Assembly (NCBI GenBank): GCA_965223545.1
Contig: OZ245006.1
Location: forward strand, 1,536,001-1,600,000
Direction of reading: 5' to 3'
Length of the DNA stretch: 64,000 bases
From: Planctomycetota bacterium
GTDB lineage: Bacteria > Planctomycetota > UBA1135 > UBA2386
Below are positions 11,293 through 21,296 of the stretch, piece by piece. Position numbers and translations under genes: made by a program. Positions within the stretch are counted from its first letter, which is position 1. Each line of letters starts with the position of its first letter. The notes under the pieces were generated by a model. The model saw only the letters and a list, made by a program, of their open reading frames with translations, was not told the origin of the DNA and ran no database searches.

Positions 11293-12468
11293 ATGCACGG
11301 TGGGCCGGTTGTCGCGGGTTTTCGGGGACACGAAAGCGTCGCGACGAGCGCCGCGCTGTGCCTGTCGATGGTGCTCGGTGCGCTCGGCCCGGCGCTCGCC
11401 CAGTCCACCGCCGACGCCCGGCGCCCGGTCTCCGGCGCCGCCGACTCCAGCGCCAATGACTTCGAGACCTGCTCCGCGGCGGCCGAGCGCGGACTGCGAT
11501 GGCTGATCGCGCAGCAGACCGAGAGCGGCGGCTGGCGCGGCGACGTCGGCCACAAGCGCGGCGATTGGTACGACGTGTTCCACAGCGCCGAGCAACAGAG
11601 GCAACGCGGGGGCATCCACGTCGGCGTGACCGCGCTGGCCACCCTCGCGTTCGTCGCCGGTGGTCATCTGCCCGACCGCGGTCCACACGGCGACGCCGTC
11701 CACCGCGCCGTCGACAGTCTGCTGGCGCGCATCGACGACGGCGGCTACGTCGCCGACAGCGGCACGCGCATGTACAGCCACGCGTTCGCCACCCTCTGCC
11801 TGGCGCAGCTGCACGGCATGGTGCGCAGCCCCGCCCTGAAGTCGGGGCTCGAGCGGGCGGTGCAGTGGATCGTCGACTGCCAGAACCAGATGGGCGCGTG
11901 GCGCTACAACCCGTTCACCCCCGAGGCCGACCTCTCGGTGACGGTCTGCCAGCTGCAGGCGCTGCGCGCGGCGCACAACATCGGCATCGCCGTGCCGCGC
12001 GCCACCATCGACGCCGCGGTGGAGTACGTGCGCGCCAGCCAGGTGCGGCGCGGGCCCGACCGCGGCTTGTTCTACTACAAGATCGCGGGCCGGGGCGCCT
12101 ACCGGAAGAGCCGTCAGTTCGCCATCAACGCAGCCGCGTTGACCTCACTGTTTTCCGCAGGCGTGTACGACGAGCAGCTCAGCGAGCCGGCCCTGGAGTT
12201 CTTGCTGCGCGCGTATCCCTTCGAGGCGCGCCACCCCCACCACTTCTACTACTGGTACGGCAACTACTACGCGGCGCAGGCGCTGTTCCAAGAGGGCGGT
12301 GCCCGCTACGAGCTCTACTACTACCGGTTGTGCCGCGACCTCTTGGCGACCCAGCAGGCCGACGGGCGCTGGATCAACGACGTCGGTCCGGGCGATGCGT
12401 TCGCCACGGCGGTCGCATGCCTGCTGCTGCAGGTGCGCAATCAATACCTGCCGATCTTCCAGCGCTGA
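11293..12468 (+). CDS. Prenyltransferase/squalene oxidase repeat protein
   Basis: Repeats GLRWLIAQQTESGGW, AVQWIVDCQNQMGAWRY, LLATQQADGRW; MYSHAFATLCLA; start uncertain (11293 or 11368). Confidence 0.85.
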   Translation: MHGGPVVAGFRGHESVATSAALCLSMVLGALGPALAQSTADARRPVSGAADSSANDFETCSAAAERGLRWLIAQQTESGGWRGDVGHKRGDWYDVFHSAEQQRQRGGIHVGVTALATLAFVAGGHLPDRGPHGDAVHRAVDSLLARIDDGGYVADSGTRMYSHAFATLCLAQLHGMVRSPALKSGLERAVQWIVDCQNQMGAWRYNPFTPEADLSVTVCQLQALRAAHNIGIAVPRATIDAAVEYVRASQVRRGPDRGLFYYKIAGRGAYRKSRQFAINAAALTSLFSAGVYDEQLSEPALEFLLRAYPFEARHPHHFYYWYGNYYAAQALFQEGGARYELYYYRLCRDLLATQQADGRWINDVGPGDAFATAVACLLLQVRNQYLPIFQR

Positions 12469-12548
12469 GTCCGGCGGAGTCGGCGCTGCGGCGACACAGA
12501 CCCGGGAGCCGGTCGACCGGAGCGCGGGACCCGCTACGCTGCTTCGCC

Positions 12549-14771
12549 ATGAGCCGCACGTCCTCGCCTCGATCGTCTCTCGCGCTCGCCCTGGCGCTGG
12601 CGCCGGCCGCCGTCGCGCAAGACAGCCAGCAGGCACCGCCGGAGCTCACGCTGGAGAGCGTCCTCGAGGAGAACGCGCTGCGACCAGAGCTGCCCGAGTT
12701 CGGTTTCGTGCCGGGCACCCACACCGTGCACCGCACCGCGGGCAGCGGCGCCGGCACGGTCGCCGCGACCCGCGATGCCGACGGCTCCTGGCAGGAGCGC
12801 TTCGACGCCGCCACCTTGGCCGCCGCGATCGGTGCCACAGACATCGCGGACGTCGATGCCGAGACCCTCGAGTGGGAATGGATCGACCCCGACCAAGTGC
12901 GGGTCGAGCACCGCGGCGAAGTCCTGCACTGGCGTATCGGCGACGAAGCCGCGCGCCGGGTGTTGTTCGCAGTCACCGGCGGGGAGCCGACAGCGTCGGC
13001 GTATGCGCCCGGAGACCAGCGTGCCGCCCACGTCGTCCGCCACCAGCTGTGGGTCACGCAAGGCGACGGCCGCCAGCGCCAGATCAGCTGGGACGGCAGC
13101 CCGGACATCGTCTACGGCGGCGCCGCGCACCGCGCCGAGTTCGGCATTCGCGACGGTCTCTGGTGGGACGACTCCGGTCGCCGACTGGCGTTCTCGCGCG
13201 AGGACCAGCGGCCGATCGAGCCGTTTCCGTACGCCGACGTCGCCGCGCACCCACCGGCCGCGGTCGCCGGCCGCTACCCGATGGCGGGCCGCGCGCACGC
13301 CTCGGTCTCGATCGGGGTCTACGACAGCGCCGACGGCAGCCTCCACTACCTCGAGCACGACCCGGACGACGACGTCTATTGGACCAACGTGACGTTTTCG
13401 GCCGACGGCGCGCACGTCTTCGTCGCGCTCGTGTCGCGCGGCCAAGACCACATGCAGCTGGTGCGCTTCGACGCCGCGACCGGCGCGCGGGGGCCCGTGC
13501 TGTTCGAGGAGCGCGATCCCGAATGGGTCGAGCCCGAGCTCGGGCCCATCGCGGTGCCCGGAACGGCCGGCGACTTCTTGTGGCGGTCACCGCGCAACGG
13601 CTACCACCACCTCTACCACTACCGTGGTGACGGCGGCCTGGTCGGGGCGGTGACCGGCGGGGAGTTCGACGTGCGCGCGGTGCTCGGTGTGAGTGGCAGC
13701 GGCGCGTCCGCCCGCGTGCTGTACCTCGCCTCGACCACCGATCCGCTCGACCAGCACCTCTGGTCGGTGCCGATCGGCGGCGGCACGCCGACGCAGTGCA
13801 CCACCGCGCGGGGCTGGCACGAGGCCACCGTCAGCGACGACGGCCAGTGGGCCATCGCGCGCCACAGCAATCTCGACGACCCCGGCGGCGTCCAACTCGT
13901 TTCCACTGCGGGCGCAGCGGCGACCACGCTGGTCACCGCCGCCGACCCCTTTGCCGGCCGGGTGGTCGGAGGACGCCGATTCTTCCGCCTCGACGCCGCC
14001 GACGGCACCCCCATGCACGGCCTTCTGCTGCAGCCCGGCGCCCCCCAACCCGACCGCAAACACCCGATCCTGCACTACGTCTACGGCGGCCCGCACAGTC
14101 AGCTCGTGCGCGACGCCTGGCTGGGCGGGGCGAGCCCGTGGCTGCACTACATGGCAATGCGGGGCTACATCGTCCTGATTCTCGACAACCGCGGCACCGG
14201 CAACCGCGGCATCGAGTTCGCGCAGACCGTGTTCCGGCGGCTCTCGGCGCTCGAGGTCGAGGACCAGAGCGCGGCGTTGGCCTGGGCCAACCAGTTGCCG
14301 TACGCGGACCCGGACCGAGTCGGCGTGCACGGGTGGTCGTATGGGGGTTATATGACTCTGGCGCTCATGACACGGACCCGGAGCTATCGGTGCGGGGTCG
14401 CCGGCGCGCCGGTCACCGACTGGGCTCAGTACGAGACCGGCTACACCGAGCGCTACATGGACACTCCGGCCGAGAACCCCGACGGCTACGCGAACGCCAG
14501 CGTCATCGACCGCGCCGCCGATCTGCACGGACGCCTCCTCCTGGTGCACGGGACCGATGACAAGACCGTCATGTGGTCGCACCCGATGCGCTTTCTCGAC
14601 GCCTGCATCGAGCACGACGTGCTGGTCGACTTCATGGCCTACCCGATGGCGCAGCACGGTCTGCGCGGCGCCGACCGCCGTCACTTCTACCGGCTGATGA
14701 CGCGCTTTTTCGACGAGCAGCTGCAGCTGTCGACAAAGCCGACAGCGCCCGCCGAAGCCGAGTCGCGCTGA
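12549..14771 (+). CDS. S9B dipeptidyl peptidase IV-like serine peptidase
   Basis: Signal peptide; DPPIV_N-like propeller; YVYGGPHSQ; GWSYGG nucleophile; HGTDD; final His (QHGL). Confidence 0.93.
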   Translation: MSRTSSPRSSLALALALAPAAVAQDSQQAPPELTLESVLEENALRPELPEFGFVPGTHTVHRTAGSGAGTVAATRDADGSWQERFDAATLAAAIGATDIADVDAETLEWEWIDPDQVRVEHRGEVLHWRIGDEAARRVLFAVTGGEPTASAYAPGDQRAAHVVRHQLWVTQGDGRQRQISWDGSPDIVYGGAAHRAEFGIRDGLWWDDSGRRLAFSREDQRPIEPFPYADVAAHPPAAVAGRYPMAGRAHASVSIGVYDSADGSLHYLEHDPDDDVYWTNVTFSADGAHVFVALVSRGQDHMQLVRFDAATGARGPVLFEERDPEWVEPELGPIAVPGTAGDFLWRSPRNGYHHLYHYRGDGGLVGAVTGGEFDVRAVLGVSGSGASARVLYLASTTDPLDQHLWSVPIGGGTPTQCTTARGWHEATVSDDGQWAIARHSNLDDPGGVQLVSTAGAAATTLVTAADPFAGRVVGGRRFFRLDAADGTPMHGLLLQPGAPQPDRKHPILHYVYGGPHSQLVRDAWLGGASPWLHYMAMRGYIVLILDNRGTGNRGIEFAQTVFRRLSALEVEDQSAALAWANQLPYADPDRVGVHGWSYGGYMTLALMTRTRSYRCGVAGAPVTDWAQYETGYTERYMDTPAENPDGYANASVIDRAADLHGRLLLVHGTDDKTVMWSHPMRFLDACIEHDVLVDFMAYPMAQHGLRGADRRHFYRLMTRFFDEQLQLSTKPTAPAEAESR

Positions 14772-14890
14772 CGACTTTGGGCGCCGCCACCCGCGGCGAT
14801 CGGGTCCGCAAGTACGCCCGCCACAACGGTCGATGAAGAGGTGTCCGCGCCTGCCCGCGCACAGGGCGGCCCCACCGCCTCCTCGTCAGC

Positions 14891-17644
14891 ATGCCTTCCG
14901 ACCGTTCCAGCTCCACCGACAATGGCCGCCACATCCCGGTGTGGATCTGGCTGCTGACCGGTTGGGGTATCGCCGGTGGCTCCCTGGTGCTCGGCCTGCT
15001 GACGACCTATCTCCTCAACCTCCGCGAGGACGAGGAGATCGCCGGCCGGCAGCGCGACATGCTGGCGTCGATCACCGAGGAGCTGCGCACTCCGCTGGGC
15101 CAGCTGGAGGCGGCGCTGCAGAGCGTTTTCGACCCGAGCTTGCCGGCGGTGCCCGGCGTCGACATCCAACGGTCGACGACCCTGATCCAGACGGTGCACC
15201 AGGGCGACTTGCCCGCACCGGTCGTCGATGAGCTACACCAGCTCAGCATCGAGCTGCGCGCAGCCCGCGACCAGATCGCCTTGTGCGGCAATTGGCGCCG
15301 GCAGATCGAGCGCGCGATACGACGGCGGGAGCTGGCCCGCGAGCACACCCGCTCCGCGGTGAGCGTGCTGCGCTCGACGCTGGATGAGCTGCTGCGCACG
15401 CTGCCGATGGCGCGGCAGCGCATCCTGACGTCGCTGACCGAGCTCGACCGACGCGCCATTCAGGTGGCGGTCGAGCGGCACGGCGTGCTGGAGGCGATCG
15501 AGGACATCGCGGTGCGGCTGCTGACGACTGCCGACCGCATCGACAAGGAAGTGCTGCGCATCGAGGTCGAGCGAGACGCCGAGCGTCTACAGACCCTCGT
15601 CGACAGTGGGATCCACCCGCTGCTCGAAGCGGCGCACGCGCTCGAGGAGCGGCTCACCGAGCTCGGAGCGCAAACCGAGGCCCGGGCCGACGTCGCCCCA
15701 CTGCTCGACGCGCTGCAGTCGGCGCTGCTGTCGTCGACGATGACCGCGGCGCCGACCGGTGACCGCACCGGCCTCGTGGTCGCGCAGCATTCTTGGCTGA
15801 TCCAGCGGCAGCGCGGCGCGGAGCTCGAGACCGCCCTCGGCCGACGGATCACGCGACTGCAGGAGGCCTTCGTCCGCCTCGACCAGGAGCTGACGCAGGC
15901 GTTCGTCTCCGCGCAGGAACGCCAACGCGAGCAGCTCGGTCACATCTGGGCCCTGTGCGCGGCGGTCGCCGGCGCGGTGGGCGCGCTGTTCCTGCTGCTC
16001 GCACGCATCATCAGCCAGAGTGCCAAGAGCCAGATCCGCGCCCTGTTCGAGGCCCGTCGCGCGGCCTCCGACGCAGCCCGCGCGCAGGGTGAGTTCCTCG
16101 CCAACATGAGCCACGAGATCCGCACACCGATGAACGGCGTGCTCGGCATGGCAGAGCTGCTCGAGGCGAGCGAGCTCGACGAGGACCAGCGACAGATCGC
16201 GCGCACGATCCGCAGCTCGGCCGACGCGCTGCTGACGGTCATCAACGACATCCTCGACTTCTCCAAGATCCAGGCTGGCAAGCTCGAGCTGAGCAGCAGC
16301 GACTTCGACCTGCGCGCCACCGTCGAGGACACGCTCGACCTGCTCGGCCACCTGGCTGCGGCGAAGGACCTCGAGCTACTCTGCTTCGTCGACCACCGCG
16401 TGCCCAAGCTGCTGCACGGCGACCCCGATCGCCTGCGCCAGGTGCTGCTCAACCTCGCCGGCAACGCGATCAAGTTTACCGACGAAGGCGAGGTCACGGT
16501 CCAGATCCACCTGCTCACCGAGCTCGAGCAAGCGGTCCATCTGCAAGTCGCCGTCCGCGACACCGGCGTCGGCATCCCCGAGGAGGCGCAGGCACGGCTG
16601 TTCCAGCCGTTCACCCAAGCCGACACTGCCACCACCCGCCGCTTCGGCGGCACCGGCCTCGGCCTGACCATCTCCAAGCGCCTGATCCAGATGATGGACG
16701 GCGACATCACGCTGGAGAGCGAGCCCGGCGTCGGCAGCACCTTCACCTTCACGGTCGCGCTGCGCCAAGCAACCACGCCGCAAGCGGCCCCCGACGCGCC
16801 GGACCTCTCCGGCCACACGGCCTTGATCGTCGACGACGAGTCCACCGCCCGCGAGCTGCTCGCGCTGCGCCTCGCGCACTGGCGCATGGGCTTCGACGTC
16901 GCCGCCGACGCCGAGACTGCGCTCCAACGCCTGCGCGAAGCGCACGCCGACGGCCACACCTTCGACGTCGCGCTGATCGACTACCAGATGCCCGGCACCG
17001 ACGGCCTGCAGCTCGCCGCCCAGATCGGCACCGACCCCGCACTCGCGCGAACGCGCTGCGTCCTGCTCAGCTCGGCCGGCCCCAAGCCCTCGGGCCAGAC
17101 CCTCGCCCAACACCACCTCGCCGCCTGGATCACCAAACCCCTGCACGAGGACCGGCTGCACCAGGCGATCCAGCAAGCCCTCGGCATCGCCTCGACCCCG
17201 GCCGCCACGGCCCAGCGCCCCACCGACGCCGACACCCCTCTCGACCTCCAGGTCCTCGTCGCCGAGGACAACGCCATCAACCAACGCGTCCTCAAGCAGA
17301 TGCTGGCCAAGATCGGCGCCCACGCCACCTTCGCCAACAACGGCCGCGAAGCCGTCGACCTGCTACTGACCACCGAGGTGGATCTGGTGCTGATGGACTG
17401 CCAGATGCCGGTGCTCGACGGACTCGCCGCCACGCGCGAGATCCGCGCCCTGCCGACCGCAGTGCGCGACATCCCGGTGATTGCGCTGACGGCGAACGTG
17501 CTGCCGGCGGACCGCGAGGCGTGCCTCGCGGCCGGGATGAACGAGTTCTTGACCAAGCCGATCAAGCGCGAGGAGCTGCGGGCGGCGTTGGTGCGGTGGA
17601 GCCCGGCGCGGGACGGGGCGCGCGGGGATGGGGACGCGGAGTGA
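14891..17644 (+). CDS. Hybrid sensor histidine kinase (2 TM, HisKA, HATPase, two REC)
   Basis: FLANMSHEIRTPMNGV, NLAGNAIKFT, DTGVGI, GGTGLGL, two receiver domains (DYQMP, DCQMP). Confidence 0.95.
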   Translation: MPSDRSSSTDNGRHIPVWIWLLTGWGIAGGSLVLGLLTTYLLNLREDEEIAGRQRDMLASITEELRTPLGQLEAALQSVFDPSLPAVPGVDIQRSTTLIQTVHQGDLPAPVVDELHQLSIELRAARDQIALCGNWRRQIERAIRRRELAREHTRSAVSVLRSTLDELLRTLPMARQRILTSLTELDRRAIQVAVERHGVLEAIEDIAVRLLTTADRIDKEVLRIEVERDAERLQTLVDSGIHPLLEAAHALEERLTELGAQTEARADVAPLLDALQSALLSSTMTAAPTGDRTGLVVAQHSWLIQRQRGAELETALGRRITRLQEAFVRLDQELTQAFVSAQERQREQLGHIWALCAAVAGAVGALFLLLARIISQSAKSQIRALFEARRAASDAARAQGEFLANMSHEIRTPMNGVLGMAELLEASELDEDQRQIARTIRSSADALLTVINDILDFSKIQAGKLELSSSDFDLRATVEDTLDLLGHLAAAKDLELLCFVDHRVPKLLHGDPDRLRQVLLNLAGNAIKFTDEGEVTVQIHLLTELEQAVHLQVAVRDTGVGIPEEAQARLFQPFTQADTATTRRFGGTGLGLTISKRLIQMMDGDITLESEPGVGSTFTFTVALRQATTPQAAPDAPDLSGHTALIVDDESTARELLALRLAHWRMGFDVAADAETALQRLREAHADGHTFDVALIDYQMPGTDGLQLAAQIGTDPALARTRCVLLSSAGPKPSGQTLAQHHLAAWITKPLHEDRLHQAIQQALGIASTPAATAQRPTDADTPLDLQVLVAEDNAINQRVLKQMLAKIGAHATFANNGREAVDLLLTTEVDLVLMDCQMPVLDGLAATREIRALPTAVRDIPVIALTANVLPADREACLAAGMNEFLTKPIKREELRAALVRWSPARDGARGDGDAE

Positions 17645-17703
17645 TGGTAGCGCCACCTGGTGCTTGGCGCGGGGGGAGTGCGGGGGTAAGGTGCGCGGCC
17701 CTT

Positions 17704-17780
17704 CGGAGCGTAGCTTAGCCTGGTAAAGCGCTGGCTTTGGGAGCCAGAGATCGGAGGTTCAAATCCTCTCGCTCCGACCA
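17704..17780 (+). tRNA. tRNA-Pro(TGG)
   Basis: CGGAGCG/CGCTCCG acceptor stem, anticodon arm CTGGC-TT-TGG-GA-GCCAG, GGTTCAAATCC T-arm, encoded CCA; 77 nt. Confidence 0.97.
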
Positions 17781-17859
17781 TGTCTGCCTTTGGCAGACAT
17801 GGACGAGGCGAGAGGATTTTAGTCCCACCATCGCTTCGCGCTGGTGGGATCAAATCCTC
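17780..17859. repeat. Two hairpins directly downstream of tRNA-Pro, containing tRNA T-arm-like sequence
   Basis: ATGTCTGCC-TTT-GGCAGACAT (17780-17800); GAGGATTT..TCCCACCA..TGGTGGGA..AAATCCTC (17812-17859). Confidence 0.75.
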
Positions 17860-17907
17860 CGGCCTTGGGTGGCCCGACCTCGCTCGACTACGCGGTGGGA
17901 ACCAGCG

Positions 17908-19215
17908 TCAATTCTGATCCGCCCGCTTCAGGATCAAGCGCAGCGGAGTCTTGGCCGAGGATTCGTCCACGAACATCGTCGCGACAATCTGCGGATCCGG
18001 GTAGGCGTAGCCGCGTGGGACTCCCGCGAAGTATATCTTCGCTGCTCCCTGCGGGAGAGGCAGTGTGAAGCGCCCGGCTGGATCGGTCTCGGAGAGGCCG
18101 ATGCGCATCGACGGTTCAGTGTCCGTGAGAGCGATGACCGACGCGCCCTCGATCGGCTCCCGGCTTTCGGCATCGAGGACGACCCCCTTCACAACGACCG
18201 CGGGGCTCAGCTCGATCCCGACACCATCACGCTGCTCACCGATGCCCAGTGTCACGATGCGCGGCTGCACCGACCATTGCTGATCCTTTGGCTCAATGTG
18301 AAGTTCCAATTCGGAACCTGGCAGACCGCCAATCCGGAAGCGACCGAGCGCATCAGTCTCGGTACGAAACTCGGATCTCACGTAGATACGCGCGGGGCCA
18401 CCGCCCAGCGCGCGCACCCACACAGTTGCATGCGCAACCGGATCGTCCGCCGGGGTCTTGACTTGGCCCGCCAGGCCGGATTCGAGCGCCATGTCAATCT
18501 CTACCCGATCGGGGAGCGCGGTCGCACCGGGGCCAATGTTCGCCCATTGTGCATGCGCGAGCCCGTCACCTTCGCAGGCGAGGTAGATCCGCGCGTTCAC
18601 CGGAACGTCATGCAATGTGAACTCTCCGGCGTCATTTGCCCGGCACTCGAACACTTCGGGCAACACCGCGTCCAGCCCTGGGAACGCCGACGAGCGCAGC
18701 AGCATCGTGCCGAAGTCGCGTCCGTCGCGAATCTGTCGCCCGTCGAGGGCGTACATCGAGAGGACCTTCACACGCAACGCCGCTCCGTCGACTCCGTTCG
18801 GGACGTTGACCTTTCCTGCCAAGCTGCGCGAGGGCACGAGCCGCACGGCGACCGTGCTGCCGCTGCCGTCTCCCGGCGCGACGCGCACGCTGCGCCCCCC
18901 GCCCACGAGCTCGCCGGGAACGCGTGCGTACACCAGCCGATCGTATCGGCCGCCGCCGTACGTCACCGCGACGGGGAACTTGGCGCGGCCTGAGGCGTCG
19001 CTGCGATCGACGCCGAAGGAGCGGTAGTCGATGCCGCCGTCGGGGAGGCCCACGCACTGAAACAGGTAGACCTCGACACCCTCCAGTGGACGATCCTTCG
19101 CGTCGCTACAAACCACGACGACACCATCTGTGTCGGATTGTTGGGCGCCCAGGGAAGAAGGCGTCCACAGCACACCACCGAACAGCAACAGAGCCAGCAT
19201 CGCAGGGAGAGGCAT
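17908..19215 (-). CDS. Secreted protein with carboxypeptidase-regulatory-like (prealbumin-fold) domains
   Basis: Signal MPLPAMLALLL..GAQ; repeated G.V.D...P..A.V ... TD..GRF units. Confidence 0.75.
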   Translation of the reverse strand: MPLPAMLALLLFGGVLWTPSSLGAQQSDTDGVVVVCSDAKDRPLEGVEVYLFQCVGLPDGGIDYRSFGVDRSDASGRAKFPVAVTYGGGRYDRLVYARVPGELVGGGRSVRVAPGDGSGSTVAVRLVPSRSLAGKVNVPNGVDGAALRVKVLSMYALDGRQIRDGRDFGTMLLRSSAFPGLDAVLPEVFECRANDAGEFTLHDVPVNARIYLACEGDGLAHAQWANIGPGATALPDRVEIDMALESGLAGQVKTPADDPVAHATVWVRALGGGPARIYVRSEFRTETDALGRFRIGGLPGSELELHIEPKDQQWSVQPRIVTLGIGEQRDGVGIELSPAVVVKGVVLDAESREPIEGASVIALTDTEPSMRIGLSETDPAGRFTLPLPQGAAKIYFAGVPRGYAYPDPQIVATMFVDESSAKTPLRLILKRADQN

Positions 19216-19400
19216 CCGCGCATTGTACGGGTTCCGCCCAACACGGTTCGCTCGAACTGGCTGAGCGAATGGCTTCCACTTGAGCGCTTCACCGGGACTG
19301 CATGGTGTTGGCGTGCACCGACATTCGTTCGGCATGGTCTGTCGGGTATCCGCGGCGCGCCCTGTCAGGCGCAACGCCTTGTGAGACCGGTGGACCTTCC

Positions 19401-20183
19401 CTATCCCGGCACCAGCGCCAGGCACGCCCCAACTGGATCCTGAACCACCGCAGATGCGTACCCATCGCCGCCGCGCGTCTCCTTGATGATCTTGCCTCCC
19501 TCCTCTCGTACGCGACGGACACTCTCGGCGAGGTCGCCAACGGGGAGATAAATCATCCAGACGGGCGGCAGGCCCTGGTTCACGCCGCGCGCATGGCGGA
19601 CTCCCGCCGCCGGGCTTCCATCATCGCCAAGCAGACTGTAGTCGACGTAGCGCTCGCTCGCGTCTTCCATCGCGGCGTCCCGCACGGACCAGCCCACGAC
19701 CTGTCTATAGAAGTCACCGGTTGCTGAAGCGTCGGCAACCGTCAAGTCGAGCCAGGCGATGCGACCCACACGCGCCTCGGATCGGTGAGTCGTCGGGGGG
19801 ACCGCGTCCGTAGCAACGACTGGGATGGTCCCGAACGCCGCCCCGTTGGGGTCGAGCAGCACCGCCCACTGACTCTTCCCCTCGTCGTCTTTGCCATGCA
19901 TGAGCTCGCTCCCACCCAGATCGAGCGCATGCTTCACACTGGCTGCGACATCGGCGACCTGAATGTGCGGCACCCATTGGAGCGGGAGGTGCTCATATTC
20001 CGTGCCGCGCGCGCCCAAGCCGACGACCGGCGTGCCCAGGTTGTTCATCAGATCCTCGCGCCAAAGCGGGCTCTCCCCCGTGGTGAGTACGCGCGAGTAG
20101 AAACGCACTTCACGTTCGTGTTGGGGAACGGCGATGTCGGCGCTGGAGACTCCGCCGACGCGCGGGACCGAGTGGCTACTCAT
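19401..20183 (-). CDS. VOC (glyoxalase/bleomycin resistance) family protein, two domains
   Basis: FYSRVL, WVPHIQVADV, LLDPNGAAFG; second repeat FYRQVVGW, WMIYLPVGDL, VQDPVGA. Confidence 0.85.
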   Translation of the reverse strand: MSSHSVPRVGGVSSADIAVPQHEREVRFYSRVLTTGESPLWREDLMNNLGTPVVGLGARGTEYEHLPLQWVPHIQVADVAASVKHALDLGGSELMHGKDDEGKSQWAVLLDPNGAAFGTIPVVATDAVPPTTHRSEARVGRIAWLDLTVADASATGDFYRQVVGWSVRDAAMEDASERYVDYSLLGDDGSPAAGVRHARGVNQGLPPVWMIYLPVGDLAESVRRVREEGGKIIKETRGGDGYASAVVQDPVGACLALVPG

Positions 20184-20374
20184 GGATCGCGTCCTGGTTG
20201 AAGTTACGTTGGGTGGAAGTCCAGTTTCAATGCGCATCGTGAACCGTGCGGTTGCCGGCAGCGTCGACGAGGAGCTCGACTCGCGGCAAGCGCCAGCGTC
20301 ATTCCTGACCCACTCGCTGCAGGACCGAGCGCTGCGGATCCGAGTAGCACAGACTTTGCTTCGCGAGCCTCTCG

Positions 20375-20788
20375 TCACGGTGGGGACGCCTGGGAACCTC
20401 GCAGCGCGCCCATCACTTCACAACGCGCACGCCCGAAGTCCAGACACCGACCGGCGAGCTGAATCAGCCTCTGCTCCTGTTCACGCAGCTCCGCGATCTG
20501 CCGCCGCATGGTCGCGAGCCGGCGTCGCACGAGGGGCTCCACGGTGCTGCAATCCGACGAAACGCGCGACGCCAGGAGCTGCCGCGTCTCGGCGAGGGTG
20601 AAACCGACGGTCTTCGCCGACACGATGAACCGCATTGTGGCGACGGCGATCGAATCGTAGCGGCGGTAGTCGCCCTTGTTGCGTCGCTTGGCACGGAGCA
20701 GATCGCGGCGCTCGTAGTAGCGGATCGTCGAGACGGGCACGCCGACCGCGGCGGCAAGCTGACTGATCGTGAGGTCGCGCTCGGTCAT
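20375..20788 (-). CDS. MerR-family metal-responsive transcriptional regulator
   Basis: TISQLAAAVGVPVSTIRYYER HTH; GFTLAE; Cys in SDCSTV plus C-x7-C (CLDFGRARC). Confidence 0.9.
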   Translation of the reverse strand: MTERDLTISQLAAAVGVPVSTIRYYERRDLLRAKRRNKGDYRRYDSIAVATMRFIVSAKTVGFTLAETRQLLASRVSSDCSTVEPLVRRRLATMRRQIAELREQEQRLIQLAGRCLDFGRARCEVMGALRGSQASPP

Positions 20789-20809
20789 CGACGCCGCATC
20801 GTAGCGCCG

Positions 20810-21256
20810 CTAGCCGCCGTTGCGCGGCGCGTCGGGGAAGAACGTCGCGGCGAGGAAGTCACGGACGCCCTCCCCACCGACGATGCGCAGCAGCACGCCG
20901 CCCTCGTCCGGGAGGAATACCAACTCGAAGGTCAAGAACGGGCAACAGCGCCGCTCCAACCCGATCCACTCGACCAGCTCGAGGAGCTTCGGTCGGGGGA
21001 AGGAGACCTCGTAGCCGTCATCGATCGGCATCACGCGGCCGATGGTCTTGCGCAGCACGAGGTTGAGCGAGATGCGGCGCTCGAGCTCTTTCTCGTCGAG
21101 CGCTGGAAGGCACTGGATCGGGGTCGTGCTGAGCGGGAGCGTCACGGTGGTGACGGTCTTGGGGGCCGGGTCCTGACTGGTGGTCATCGCGGAGAGGAGG
21201 AGAGTCGCGGCAATGAGGAGCATGAGTGGGTTGGAGAGCTCGGCTGTTGGCTTCAT
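20810..21256 (-). CDS. Conserved-type hypothetical protein with ERRCCPF vicinal-Cys motif
   Basis: PIQC...GYEVSF...LERRCCPFLTF; the start must lie downstream of the promoter (ATG 21256 or 21223). Confidence 0.7.
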   Translation of the reverse strand: MKPTAELSNPLMLLIAATLLLSAMTTSQDPAPKTVTTVTLPLSTTPIQCLPALDEKELERRISLNLVLRKTIGRVMPIDDGYEVSFPRPKLLELVEWIGLERRCCPFLTFELVFLPDEGGVLLRIVGGEGVRDFLAATFFPDAPRNGG

Positions 21257-21264
21257 GGGCTCCG

Positions 21265-21296
21265 AGCCTAGGCCCTGCACCATGGTGCAAGGTCAA
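21265..21296 (-). promoter_or_regulatory. MerR-type promoter/operator
   Basis: Minus strand TTGACC-20 bp-TAGGCT with perfect dyad TGCACCATGGTGCA (21276-21289) in the spacer. Confidence 0.85.

Noticed and set aside
15060..15110. EELRTPL resembling a second HisKA H-box
   Set aside because: No His, and it lies in the extracytoplasmic region; likely coincidence
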